Notes: generated from the letters alone by a model not told the origin. A stretch of DNA of 64,000 nucleotides from an uncultured virus (IMG/VR IMGVR_UViG_3300021399_000139) (IMGVR_UViG_3300021399_000139); one strand, 5' to 3'; numbered from the stretch's first letter, positions 30,658 to 40,668 are shown. Translations and numbers: made by a program.

Positions 30658-31843
30658 TGGCGGTCTCAGTGGCAATGAACTTACCAGCAAATTCACCAAG
30701 CTGCTTGACAACTTCGGATTCTTCTTTCAAGCAGTCGTCAAAGCAACGTTTTGGAAGCTGCTTCATCACTGCACCCATGTCTTTAGGCTGCAGCTCAACT
30801 GGGACTAAGCCTTCATCGACAAGCTTGAGGATGAGCTTGCGGACACGAGCTTCAGTCACAATGCTAGCAGCAAGCTTTGCAGCTTCAGCTTTTGCAGCTT
30901 CAGCTTCAGGATCAAGCGGCTTCTTCTCCTTCTTGGAGTGCTGAGACTCTTTGAAGCGCTCGTTCACAATCTTCAAGTAAGCTGGTGCCTTGTTGTTCTC
31001 ATTGTTAAGCTTGCTCTGGTTTTTGATGACGATTCCCTCTTGCTCAGGGCCATAAGCAGTAGATTTGTTCAAGAAACTTCTGCAGTGGTCCCAACTGATG
31101 AATGGCCCATAGTAGAGCTCTTCGATGTACTCAAGGCCGAGCTGCTTGCAGATATTCTTGACTGAGGACTGCAGCAAGTAGCTGCCAAGGCGCTTATCCC
31201 AGATATCATAGACTCGCCACTTGTTATACCATTCGGAATTATATGTCACCGAGTGTTTGACGCACCATTCGCCAAAGAATACGAGATCGAACAACTGGCT
31301 CCAGTCGGTCTTAGGCTCGACTTCAGTCTTGACATAGTCATAGAATCCACGCAGTGCTCCAGGCTGGTCTAGCAAGTTTGTGCGAGAGAATACCTCAAGC
31401 TTACCAGTCGTCTCGTCCCAAGCAATTGAAGCGTTGGCACCATCAATCTTAGTCGTGATCTGGATGATATCTCCAAGCTCAAAAGCTCCAGTGTTCTTAG
31501 GCCTAATAGCATTAGTGCCATCTTCTTTCTTGCCAATGACAAGGTCCTCTTCACGGATGTAGTCGATGTCAATGAACTTCTTCTGGACAGGCTCAAGCTC
31601 ATCTGCCTTGAACCAGCAGTTGCCATCATCACCAGCAAACTTGACTTTTGCATACCAAGTCATCTTTGGCTCAAGACCATCTACATATGCCTGCTTTAGC
31701 TGCTCTTTGTCGACAAGTGGATTGATTGACTTGCCATCGATGTCGACCTTAAGCTCTGTGACGACTCCACGCTGCCCATAGCCAATGCAGTCTTTGCGTA
31801 CTACCTTTACTTCAGTCTTCTCTTGGAAGTTTGGTCTCTTCAT
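30626..31843 (-). CDS. Rnl2-family RNA ligase
   Basis: TKIDGAN motif I, FGEW, YDI, EGIVIK, KIVNERFKE. Confidence 0.88.
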   Translation of the reverse strand: MKRPNFQEKTEVKVVRKDCIGYGQRGVVTELKVDIDGKSINPLVDKEQLKQAYVDGLEPKMTWYAKVKFAGDDGNCWFKADELEPVQKKFIDIDYIREEDLVIGKKEDGTNAIRPKNTGAFELGDIIQITTKIDGANASIAWDETTGKLEVFSRTNLLDQPGALRGFYDYVKTEVEPKTDWSQLFDLVFFGEWCVKHSVTYNSEWYNKWRVYDIWDKRLGSYLLQSSVKNICKQLGLEYIEELYYGPFISWDHCRSFLNKSTAYGPEQEGIVIKNQSKLNNENNKAPAYLKIVNERFKESQHSKKEKKPLDPEAEAAKAEAAKLAASIVTEARVRKLILKLVDEGLVPVELQPKDMGAVMKQLPKRCFDDCLKEESEVVKQLGEFAGKFIATETAKQARKIVIGE

Positions 31844-32070
31844 GTCTCTTGTCCTTTCGCATTGATTCCAAGATGAGAGTAGATGTAGTCTTTATCAAAC
31901 CAGACAAAGTCATTGATCCGAGTCTTGGTTGGAATCTCATTTGCAAATGCTTCTTCAATTACAGACTGCAGCTCATCCATCTTATTAGCTTTCCGCACTT
32001 TTGCGACAGTGTCTTCAGCTCCAGCCCACCAGGGAAATGTGTCAATGTTGAACTCTAGAGTGTACTTCAT
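31840..32070 (-). CDS. Hypothetical protein
   Basis: RBS and early promoter upstream. Confidence 0.7.
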   Translation of the reverse strand: MKYTLEFNIDTFPWWAGAEDTVAKVRKANKMDELQSVIEEAFANEIPTKTRINDFVWFDKDYIYSHLGINAKGQET

Positions 32071-32137
32071 GTCTTTTCTCCTTTGGTTAATGACATAGTA
32101 ATTATATCAAATTTCAAGAAACTTGTTAACTTTTAAA

Positions 32138-32144
32138 GTAAATA
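32138..32144 (+). promoter_or_regulatory. Putative late promoter GTAAATA (representative copy)
   Basis: Also at 1473, 1532, 4409, 35777 (+) and 21117, 25112, 41739, 50219, 59584 (-); nearly all lie directly upstream of TAG-containing genes. Confidence 0.75.
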
Positions 32145-32149
32145 CTAAT

Positions 32150-32941
32150 ATGCAACTAGTTTCTAGAGAAGTTCTTTTTGATGTTATGGCAAAAAAGAAA
32201 GCTATAACATTGTCTTAGTTAATTGATGAGGCTGAAACATCTGCCTATAAGACTTTCTGCAGAAAAGCGACAACGGAATATTCAAAGTCTAAAGACATGG
32301 ATGCTTTTTCAGAAGCTATGCTGAAATATCTAAAAAGCAACAAACAAGATATTCGATTTGTAGGTCAAGGGTCATCTCGTCTTGTATTTGCTTTAGCTGA
32401 TGGCACAGCTTTAAAACTAGCTAAAACAGATGCTGGAATTGCTTAGAACAAGTATGAAGCAAAAATATGCATGGACCCAAGACTAAAATATGCTATTTTT
32501 CCAGATTTCTATGGAGCTGACAAAAAGAATGGTCTTTCTTTAAACTGTGAACTATGTGCAAAAGCTACAGCAGCTGACTTCAAAGATGTTTTCATGGCTT
32601 AGCCACAAGTCATAACCTATGTTGTTGAGTTTGCTGTAAAACTAGTAAAAGAGTTGAATTTTGGCCTTAAAGACTGCCTAAAGTATTTTGACTCTATTGG
32701 AGATGTTGTCAAGTCAAATCTTACTCAATAGATGATTGACAACAAGACATTAGCAGCTAAAGCTTTGAATTCTCTTCTAGACTTCTATATGACCCACAGC
32801 TTAGATGACTTGCTGTTGTCAGATCTAGAATAGATTGACAATTGGGGAATAGCAATCAGAGACAACCAGAAGATTCTAGTGATAATAGATGCAGGGTTCA
32901 ATGACGACATCTATCAAAAATTCTACAAAGGAAAAGACTAA
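32150..32941 (+). CDS. Protein kinase-like protein, 263 aa with TAG=Gln (absent from ORF track)
   Basis: VGQGSSRLVF G-loop, ALKLAK, GIA*NKYE, DLE*IDNWG, LVIIDAG; 5 TAGs. Confidence 0.85.
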
Positions 32942-33768
32942 TGGACAAACAAATATATTATTGGGCTCACATGCTTGACGAAAGTAGTCATGCATCATAT
33001 TATGATGTCTATATGCAAGAGCACCCAGAAGACAAACTTCCTAGACTAGTTGATTCTTTGATTGGTGAATTCTCAAAAGCTCTAAAAAAAGATGGCATTC
33101 ACATGCAAGACTGTTTTGTAGATGGCAAAGTTGACTACAGCATTGTTGAGTCAATGTAGAAAAAGATCAAGACAAAATACTATTGGCATAGAATAAAAGC
33201 TTAGACTTATGCAGCAATCATAAGTAGAATGACTGCACTTCTTGACAGGTCTAAAAGTTCTAGATTTGATGAAAATGAGATTGAGTATGGAGATGTAGTG
33301 CATCTTGTCTCAAGGCACGTCATTGAAGACTGTCTTGACATAATGTGCCACAACACAAATGTCCTAGAGGCTAACAATGGAATATTGCTTGATGCCTACA
33401 ATGGTTCTCCAATCTATGGCAAATTTTTCTAGAAGCATGGCATTAAACCACTGCTTAGGCACGACTCATGGCACAACAAAGATGTTGAAGACTACTTGAT
33501 AGCAACATAGCTATATAAAGCTTGGGCATCTTATGTTAAAGGAGACTACGGCGAAGAATATGTGTGTGACAGTGACAATGGTCCTGAGCAATTGAAGAAA
33601 GTGCTAAATGGCGTTGACTATTCAGCTAGCACTATTGACTTGACAATTGCTCTCAACAAGTCTCTAGATGTTGTCCACTTTAGAAGTGACCTTGCTGCCG
33701 CATTTGTTGAAGGCGGCAAATAGACGTGCGCTCTAGTCAGCAATCTACCAAACAAATTTGTCATTTGA
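32941..33768 (+). CDS. 275 aa TAG-recoded hypothetical protein
   Basis: 5 in-frame TAGs; TAATG coupling to the kinase; ends in TGA. Confidence 0.8.
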
Positions 33769-34270
33769 AGTACAGTAGAATTTTCTCTAGAGAAATAGGG
33801 TAGCCATCAGAAAACTGCACACATGAACAGATGCTTGTTTGAGAATTCAATGGGCGTTCTAGATCTCTATGAAGATGCCCAAAAACTTCTTTGCTAGTCT
33901 TTGCATTAGTTCCTGGCACATGGTGTATAGACAAATCAAAGTCTTCTAGGACAATTTCATCTACAACATCTGCAAAAACCGCTTTGTAGATGCCATCACT
34001 GAACTTCTCATGATTGCCACGAATCAAGACAATCTGTCCATTCAGCTGCTTGAAGTAGTTGCACAAGTCTCTGAAGTTGCCATCACAGAAGTCACCATTG
34101 TAGTAGACAATGTCATTTTTGCCTACAACAGAGTTCCACTTCTCAATGAGCTCCTTCTCTTGCTCTTGAGTGAAGACTTTCAAGAATCCAGGAAGCTGCC
34201 ATGACCCAAAATGGTGGTCACTTGTCACAAAAGTGTGCTTTAAGTTAAATGACATTTCAATGTAGGTCAC
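33761..34270 (-). CDS. Calcineurin-like metallophosphoesterase
   Basis: SDHHFG, GDF, GNHE, GHLH. Confidence 0.88.
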   Translation of the reverse strand: MTYIEMSFNLKHTFVTSDHHFGSWQLPGFLKVFTQEQEKELIEKWNSVVGKNDIVYYNGDFCDGNFRDLCNYFKQLNGQIVLIRGNHEKFSDGIYKAVFADVVDEIVLEDFDLSIHHVPGTNAKTSKEVFGHLHRDLERPLNSQTSICSCVQFSDGYPISLEKILLYFK

Positions 34271-34524
34271 TTTCCATTTTCATACTCTTCATGCGTGACA
34301 ACGCTCTTTGTTGGCTTGCCATAGACAGCAACGTTGCAGCAGTTGAACATTGTCTTCAGTTTTTCGACAGCATTTTCAGCCGTAGATGCTTCTACATTGT
34401 AAGTAGAAAATGGTCTACTCTTGTTGACTAGTCCGCCATCAGCAAACTGTATGCATGCGGTAATTGCCCAAACATTATGGTCCATAGTGTTTTCCTTATT
34501 GTTTCTGTCCATTATACAACGCAA
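34267..34524 (-). CDS. Hypothetical protein
   Basis: Follows an early cassette. Confidence 0.6.
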   Translation of the reverse strand: MRCIMDRNNKENTMDHNVWAITACIQFADGGLVNKSRPFSTYNVEASTAENAVEKLKTMFNCCNVAVYGKPTKSVVTHEEYENGK

Positions 34525-34586
34525 TTATATCAAAACCGCCTAGAGCTTGTTAACTCTAGGCGACTTGGGGTCTGCAACGTGGGAAA

Positions 34587-34778
34587 TCACTTAGCGTCTT
34601 TCTTTTCACGCTTCTTCTGTCGGCGATTAAGTTCCTTATGCGCCTCAGGAAGCTTAGATTCTGCAAGAGCTTCATTGCTCATTGACTTGACAATAGGCTT
34701 CATCTTTGTCAACCAACTTAGATGCTTGCTAGAACGATTCTTGATGTTTGGTGCATGACTGCCAGGTATGCGTCTCAT
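34587..34778 (-). CDS. Small basic hypothetical protein
   Basis: AAGGAG RBS. Confidence 0.65.
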   Translation of the reverse strand: MRRIPGSHAPNIKNRSSKHLSWLTKMKPIVKSMSNEALAESKLPEAHKELNRRQKKREKKDAK

Positions 34779-34838
34779 GTCATCTCCTTTGTGATTTAAT
34801 TGTTAATTTAAGAGTATTATACAACAAATATGCGAGAC

Positions 34839-35285
34839 TTAAACTCCTTTGAGGTCAAGTTCGATCAACATGCCGTCAATAGTCTTTCCATTTACTAACT
34901 CTGCTCCTTTGCTCTTCAAATTCAATAGGCATTCTTTCAAGTACTTGTCATTGTGCTCAGGATATATCATTGAATTAGGCATATATATGTATGTTCCTAT
35001 ATCACATAATGATGTTGCTAATTCTGGAATGTTTTTTCCTCGATATGTTCTTCTATACCAATGAATGTCTACGCCAAATTTGTCAAGTCTTCTTTGCAGC
35101 TCATGCATTACCTCAATGTGATAAGCATATAGTCGTGATAGACCATATTTGAATACATAGTCAACTGTTGCATGCTTACGCTTCCACCCTTTGCCACGAA
35201 GAGCACAGCACTCACGATGTTGGCCCATAAGACGTTTGTTGTCAAGGTATGGAATTAAAGATTGGTGCCATAGACGCATATGCAA
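34839..35285 (-). CDS. TIGR02328 / pyrimidine-dimer DNA glycosylase-like protein, with DL tag
   Basis: MRLWHQSLIPYL...GQHRECCALRG...YPEHNDKYLKEC. Confidence 0.75.
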   Translation of the reverse strand: MHMRLWHQSLIPYLDNKRLMGQHRECCALRGKGWKRKHATVDYVFKYGLSRLYAYHIEVMHELQRRLDKFGVDIHWYRRTYRGKNIPELATSLCDIGTYIYMPNSMIYPEHNDKYLKECLLNLKSKGAELVNGKTIDGMLIELDLKGV

Positions 35286-35300
35286 ATGACGTGTTAGCTT

Positions 35301-35774
35301 TCATTGAGCATTGAGATCGACCCAAATCAAGAATTCAGTGAAACTTGTGAATGTAGGTTTTTCTGCAATGCTTGGTTCTACAAAGATGCTTACAGTAGAT
35401 GGATGATAGTAATTCAACTTTTTCTTCATTCTACTACGGATACTCTTCAGTATCTCTATAGAAATTTTCTCTTTGTCAAGCTTGAACTTAGTCACTAAGT
35501 GTTCAATCGGCATAAAAGACACTGGTTTCAACAAAAAGTCTGGCCAAACTTCATTCACAAGCTTCTTTAGTCCTGGAACTTTGATGTCATCATATGAAAC
35601 TTTGACATAATGCGATGTTTGGTCAAATTTACCATAATTTGAAGCAGCAACTAATTTGAATTTGTTTCCTAGTTTTCCACATTCAACTTTCACACCTAGC
35701 ACTAAATTGCTGCCAAGTGCTTTTTCTAAACAGTCTATGACTATGCTGCAGTTTTTTGGAAGTCTTTCCACCAT
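35301..35774 (-). CDS. Hypothetical, DL-tag family
   Basis: Ends SFTEFLIWVDLNAQ. Confidence 0.7.
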   Translation of the reverse strand: MVERLPKNCSIVIDCLEKALGSNLVLGVKVECGKLGNKFKLVAASNYGKFDQTSHYVKVSYDDIKVPGLKKLVNEVWPDFLLKPVSFMPIEHLVTKFKLDKEKISIEILKSIRSRMKKKLNYYHPSTVSIFVEPSIAEKPTFTSFTEFLIWVDLNAQ

Positions 35775-35815
35775 AAGTAAATAATATTGTACAAATTAAT
35801 GAAAGAACTTAAACT

Positions 35816-37483
35816 ATGGCAATACGTAGAGTATCAGATTTACCAGAATTGACTTCAATATATCAAAATGCAGACCTTGACAAATGCTTGTTTGAGGTGT
35901 CATACAAGAATGACAACATCTACCAGTCATTTTATGCAAAGGGCAAAACAGTCACAGACAAAGTTGTTGAGAAGATTGGTGGATCTATAGACCTTAATAA
36001 ATATGTCACTAAAGACACAGAACAGCAGATTACTGGATTCAAGTCATTCAGAAATGACAATGGAATAATGGTGAATGGAACATATCTTAGTTCTGTAAAT
36101 GCTAGCGGAGATGCTATAGAAAATTCTTCTAGAGAAGGTGTCATCAAGCAGGTGCCATCACTAAAAGCAGTCAAAGATTTCGTTGAGAACAAAGGATACA
36201 TCACCAGTGAAAGCAAAGAGTGGCAAGAACCATTAGAGATGCTAAAGTCAATGCTAAATGAATCAAATTTATCTGTATATGTCAATTAGGAAAGTGGTGA
36301 TAACACTAAAGATGGCAAAAGTGTATCTACAGCAGTAAAGACTTTTGAAAAAGCTTTAGAGATTGCAAATAAAAGAAAATATATAGGTTCATCGTATTTT
36401 ACAATTTATCTTATTGGAGAATATACTGTTTCAGCAAATTCTTCTGGTGGTTTTAATGCATTACAAGTATATCATCCAGATATGACTGGATCAAGATATG
36501 GTCGTATTCAAGGATATAATCCTCCAGAAGGATCTAGTATTCCAGCAGCAGAAATAAAAATTGATTTTAATGGTATAAGCAATTGGTATTCTACCTGGCT
36601 ATATATATAGTGTAATATTAGAATAGAAAATATAAAGATTACTGCAATATGGGATAAGAATAATACTCGTGGTGTGTCTCCAACAGGTGAGTTTCCAGAA
36701 AATGGAACTTATGCATAGAAAATAAATTATATATATTATGCATCTTGGGCAAGCACAGGTATAACTACACAATATACTGGATTAGTTATTGTTAAAAACG
36801 TAAAAATAACCGGGTTTAGATGGGGTGTTGTAGGTAATGCAAGAATTAATGATGGTGTAGAATTTAATAATTGTACAATATCGTGCGCGCCAGGAAGTAA
36901 TGGGCAAATATACTTTGAGGCACGGTCAAGAATACGTATAAAAGAAATTTGCTAGGAAGTAATTGGCGCAACAAATTAGAATAGCGCAGCTATAGTGCAT
37001 TATGGAGCGCATATAGATGTTGATCAATGCAAAAAGTTTATTGGTAATGATTCAGGTAGTGCATTTACATTTAGATTATATAATACTGCAGTGCCAACAT
37101 ATTTAGATAATCCCACCAATCCTTATGGAATCAAAATATATAAAATAATAGGAGAAGAAAAAGCTGATGGTACAAATTATGAATTTAATATGCGTGATGA
37201 TGTAGGAAAATGGCATTTTCTAGTAAAAAATACTGATAATGATAATACAAAATTAAATAAGCTTAAAAATTATTTAACTAGTATATTTGGTACTTATTCT
37301 AATAAAATATTTGTTGAAGCTGAATCAATCACTCCAAACTTTACAAGTAATACATAGAAGAATAAGCATTTTAACTTTAATTATGGTCCTGGAAGTAATA
37401 AGATAGAAGCTAATTATTCCAAGTAGGCTTTAGATTATTAGATTAAAATTTGCTATTTAAGAGAATCTGATTGGCAGTCATAA
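35816..37483 (+). CDS. 555 aa TAG-recoded tail fibre/tailspike-like protein
   Basis: Open from ATG 35816 to TAA 37483 with only TAGs in frame; VYVN*ESGDNTKDGKSVSTAVKTFEKAL motif typical ahead of beta-helix domains. Confidence 0.75.
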
Positions 37484-37569
37484 ACATAAGTTTTTAAATA
37501 ACTTCAAATAGTTGCTAGATTTTCTACAGCTAGGGTGCCATCTTTTTGAAGCCATTTTGCCACGTCTTG

Positions 37570-38013
37570 TCAGTGAATACGTTTAATGAGATAGTTCAAA
37601 TTTGATGGAAGATCATTGCTTAGATTAAGCTTTATGATAGCTTCATAGACGTCTTCTCCTTCAGCAATGTTCGTATAGTATTCATCATACCCCACAAGTC
37701 CATATTTATAGCATTTGGCATCTATTTCTGCAATTTCTTGAACAGTTGCTAATCTATTATAGCCAGCAAGACAGTGTCTTATAGGATATGAAAAACTGAA
37801 TCTTAAACTTAGTGCTCTAACATTACGTCCCCATCGACGATCTAGCAAGGCAATAGATTCAAGTTTGAATGGATATCCATTGTATTGGTGCTGTTTCCAA
37901 AAATAGTTTCCATTTGTAGATCGATGTTTCAAAGCAAAGTCTATGAACTCTCTAGGAAGCTGCTCGACCTTTGTAGAAGTCATAATCTCAATGTCATCGA
38001 CTAGTAGTTTCAT
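37570..38013 (-). CDS. Hypothetical, DL-tag-like
   Basis: EDVYEAIIKLNL. Confidence 0.7.
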   Translation of the reverse strand: MKLLVDDIEIMTSTKVEQLPREFIDFALKHRSTNGNYFWKQHQYNGYPFKLESIALLDRRWGRNVRALSLRFSFSYPIRHCLAGYNRLATVQEIAEIDAKCYKYGLVGYDEYYTNIAEGEDVYEAIIKLNLSNDLPSNLNYLIKRIH

Positions 38014-38073
38014 ACAACTTAACTATATCAAAAGATATGTGCTATGTTAACCATTGATAGTTGATAGCTTAAA

Positions 38074-38436
38074 TGGTGGACTCGCCGGGAGTCGAACCCG
38101 GGTCTTGCTCAGTCTTTCATGCAACTCATTCACATGCTTAGCTTGCTTAAAGTATGATCAGTCGCAAGCAGCAAGCGGCTTACGCAATCGAGCTTTGGAA
38201 GGATGACTAACCTCAAGCGCCCTTCCACCTTGAGGACGTTGTGCTATGTAGATTAAGCCAGACAAGATACTTGCACATGACCTCTCTTGTCCAACTGCTG
38301 TCTTATAGATTCAAAGAATCAAGCAGCGATCGCATAGTCTGCGTCATTTATTGTTTTTGCATGTTTTAAAGAAGACATACTCTTCTGCATGTATCATCAC
38401 CTTATAGATTCTGCCAATCGATACCGTTACGAGCCC
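38074..38436 (-). ncRNA. ssrA: tmRNA
   Basis: GGGCUCG/CGAGUCC-ACCA acceptor stem with G3:U70; T arm CCGGG-UUCGACU-CCCGG; AUAAAU followed by tag ORF DADYAIAA-UGA. Confidence 0.93.
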
Positions 38437-38442
38437 TTAAAA

Positions 38443-38652
38443 TCACTTCTTAGCCTTACGTCCCTTCTTTGGAGTAGGAATTATGCTTAGACTTGCAATG
38501 CTTAAAGCATCAAGCGTGCTATCATTCTTCTTGAACATTGCAGTCATGAAAGTCTCAAACTTTCGCGCTGCATCAAACATTGTATTAGCTTTTGTATGGA
38601 ATGTCTTTGGCCTACCATCTGAACAGACATATGCAAATGTATAGTCTTGCAT
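38443..38652 (-). CDS. Small hypothetical protein within the RNA island
   Basis: AAGGA RBS, MQDYTFAYVC. Confidence 0.6.
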   Translation of the reverse strand: MQDYTFAYVCSDGRPKTFHTKANTMFDAARKFETFMTAMFKKNDSTLDALSIASLSIIPTPKKGRKAKK

Positions 38653-38679
38653 TTTGTTTTCCTTATTTTGTTGTTTTAA

Positions 38680-38766
38680 TGGTCGAGCTGACTGGAGTCG
38701 AACCAGCATGGTTATACAACCGTCTCCTTAGAAGGGAGGTGCCTTATCCATTCGGCGCACAGCTCG
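38680..38766 (-). tRNA. tRNA-Arg(UCU) with long variable arm
   Basis: CGAGCUG/CAGCUCG-ACCA; loop CU-UCU-AA; A20. Confidence 0.85.
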
Positions 38767-38822
38767 TTGTTTAAATACGAAATTAAATATATCAAATATT
38801 TTCAATTTTGTTAACTTCAAGC

Positions 38823-38897
38823 TGGTGCTGAGTCGTAGAATCGAACTACGATCTTAGGCTTATGAAACCCATAGTTTTCCACTTAGCTTAACCCAGC
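38823..38897 (-). tRNA. tRNA-CAU (Met or Ile2)
   Basis: GCUGGGU/ACUCAGC-ACCA; UU-CAU-AA. Confidence 0.85.
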
Positions 38898-38905
38898 AAA
38901 ATAGA

Positions 38906-39019
38906 CAAGACACATTTTAGACTGGACTCGAACCAGCATCTCCCGAATTATCAGTTCGGCGTTCTACCATTGAACTACATGCCCGAAGCGTGGACACAGA
39001 TTTTTGCTGTTAGTGTCTT
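38906..39019 (-). ncRNA. Wrapper RNA W1 carrying a permuted tRNA-Ile(GAU)-like body
   Basis: AAGACAC-UAACAGCAA...GUGUCUUG enclosing an acceptor hairpin and D, anticodon and T arms. Confidence 0.75.
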
Positions 39020-39167
39020 AGAAAGGATGAGGTGATTATTCTGACTTTTACGGCAACTGTCTGGTATATGCTGAAGCATTCTGTACAAAACAACATCAGC
39101 CTTACAGACATAAACTACACCCCGGAGTTGTTGTCTTCTGCTAGCTGATATCAAGGCTAGCATTAAA

Positions 39168-39582
39168 ATGGTTGAAGGCGCAATAAATGCTATTTGGGAC
39201 TTTTACCCCACCGTACAGCATAATGCAGAGCCCTTAGTCGACACTATCTATTACCGCATAATGCTGCATATCCAGAACCTCCTTATCTGGCAGTGTTGTC
39301 TGCTCTACATCGATTTAGAGCATTGAAATCAACACGACTCATTTTGCATACACCGCTGCTCTGCTGTACGCGGTTCCTGTGAGCGTGACTTGCTGTTAGA
39401 GCCGTAAAAGGAAGCAGAGTCCCCGATGCGGACTTTTACCGCTACCTATATCCAGACAGGCGAATATTTTTTACCTGACACCTTCTCTCGCTCGGGACTC
39501 GTCTCCACCTGCGCAACTAGCTCATGGAACTAGGTCGGATGGTACTCTGCATTTGTACACGAGAGCTTGCTTCTGTTCGAAC
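39168..39582 (-). ncRNA. Unknown structured RNA of about 410 nt with an embedded wrapper motif
   Basis: Noncoding, many helices, two GGUAAAAGUCC hairpins, 3' ACCA. Confidence 0.45.
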
Positions 39583-39586
39583 ATGA

Positions 39587-39666
39587 TGGAGCACGAGACC
39601 GGACTCGAACCGGCAAATTTGCCACATTGGAAGTGTGGTGAGTTGACCAATTCCTCTCACTCGTGC
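39587..39666 (-). tRNA. tRNA-Gly(UCC)
   Basis: GCACGAG/CUCGUGC-UCCA; CU-UCC-AA. Confidence 0.92.
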
Positions 39667-39671
39667 AAAAA

Positions 39672-39835
39672 CAAGACGCAAGATTTACATTGTTCTTTAC
39701 TGTCTTCAACATAGAAAAAAGACGAGCTCAATTCACAAGGTTTGAACTTGCAGTATGGCAGAGCATTACCATTTCATTGATTCATTTTGAGTGAATTATG
39801 TTTACCGATTGTTTGACTTTGCAGTATTGCGTCTT
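39672..39835 (-). ncRNA. Wrapper RNA W2
   Basis: AAGACGC-AAUACUGCAA...GCGUCUUG; internal T-arm-like hairpin. Confidence 0.65.
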
Positions 39836-40109
39836 TAAAAACAAAAATTCGCAGTGCCACCTCCACTTTTATTGTGTGAATCATTGGGACGAGAATAAGT
39901 TTCATGTCATTTCGCTCGTCGTTACCTGGGTTGTTGCGAATAATATCATCTCATCCGACTGAGACCTAGTGGAACAGGTTTCGCAGGACTTCCCACAACT
40001 ATTTGTATTTCCACAATATCCCATTGTGTTTCGGGTATGCACCATTACTGGCTGCCGTTGAAGCATTAAGCACACTGAGTTTGACTCCTCATCTGAGATG
40101 ACAGAGTTT

Positions 40110-40184
40110 TGGAGCTACCTGAAGTACTCGCAACTCCGTATTCCGTCTTACAAGGACGGCGCCTAACTTCTCAGCCAAGGTAGC
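40110..40184 (-). tRNA. tRNA-Thr(UGU)
   Basis: GCUACCU/AGGUAGC-UCCA; CU-UGU-AA. Confidence 0.88.
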
Positions 40185-40195
40185 AATTAAAAAGT

Positions 40196-40327
40196 CAAGA
40201 CACATGTTTTCTGTCAATTGCTCTAAGCATCTGAGCTACAGGCGAAATCATCACGTGGTTCGCCTGGAGGGACTCCAACCATCGACCCATTGATTACCCA
40301 TTTAGATGTATTTGCTGCTAGTGTCTT
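40196..40327 (-). ncRNA. Wrapper RNA W3 with circularly permuted tRNA
   Basis: 3' half (T arm, CAGGCGA-ACCA) precedes 5' half (UCGCCUG, D arm, AUUGA). Confidence 0.8.
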
Positions 40328-40336
40328 TAAAAGAAA

Positions 40337-40429
40337 CAAGACCCGTATATTTGTGGGAATTGAACCCACTCGTTTTAGTTTTGTAAAAACTAATTCTTAA
40401 TCCATAAGTAGATTGCAGTTACGGGTCTT
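40337..40429 (-). ncRNA. Wrapper RNA W4 (anticodon arm UAC + T arm)
   Basis: AAGACCCG-UAACUGCAA...CGGGUCUUG. Confidence 0.7.
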
Positions 40430-40435
40430 TCAAAG

Positions 40436-40509
40436 TCAGTCTGGTCGGATTTGAACCGACGTGGACCTCAGCCCAAGTGAGGTGGGAAACCAGGCTCCCC
40501 AACAGACTG
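40436..40509 (-). tRNA. tRNA-Pro(UGG), CCA not encoded
   Basis: CAGUCUG/CAGACUG-A; CU-UGG-GC. Confidence 0.9.
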
Positions 40510-40525
40510 TAAATCTTCAAATCAT

Positions 40526-40585
40526 CAAGACGCGTTTAACTTTCGAATTTAACAGATTCGGGGTTTAAGTTGCTGTATGCGTCTT
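40526..40585 (-). ncRNA. Wrapper RNA W5 (anticodon stem-loop GUU only)
   Basis: Internal CGAAU-CUGUUAA-AUUCG. Confidence 0.7.
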
Positions 40586-40590
40586 TCAAA

Positions 40591-40668
40591 TGGTGGACCT
40601 AAGGAGCTACGATCTCCTCGCCTCCTGAATGCAAATCAGGCGCTCTACCAATAATGAGCTATAGGCCC
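40591..40668 (-). tRNA. tRNA-Ala(UGC)
   Basis: GGGCCUA/UAGGUCC-ACCA with G3:U70. Confidence 0.92.

Noticed and set aside
23518..37483. TAG-broken genes as pseudogenes
   Set aside because: The interruptions are exclusively TAG, with no frameshifts, TAA or TGA, and motifs are intact.
38680..38766. Amber suppressor tRNA (loop contains CTA)
   Set aside because: Stem register gives CU-UCU-AA (Arg) with A20. No tRNA-CUA was found in this window, so it presumably lies elsewhere.
39946..40101. Hammerhead ribozyme
   Set aside because: GAAAC...GUC is present, but the core reads CAGAUGA rather than CUGANGA and stem I cannot form.
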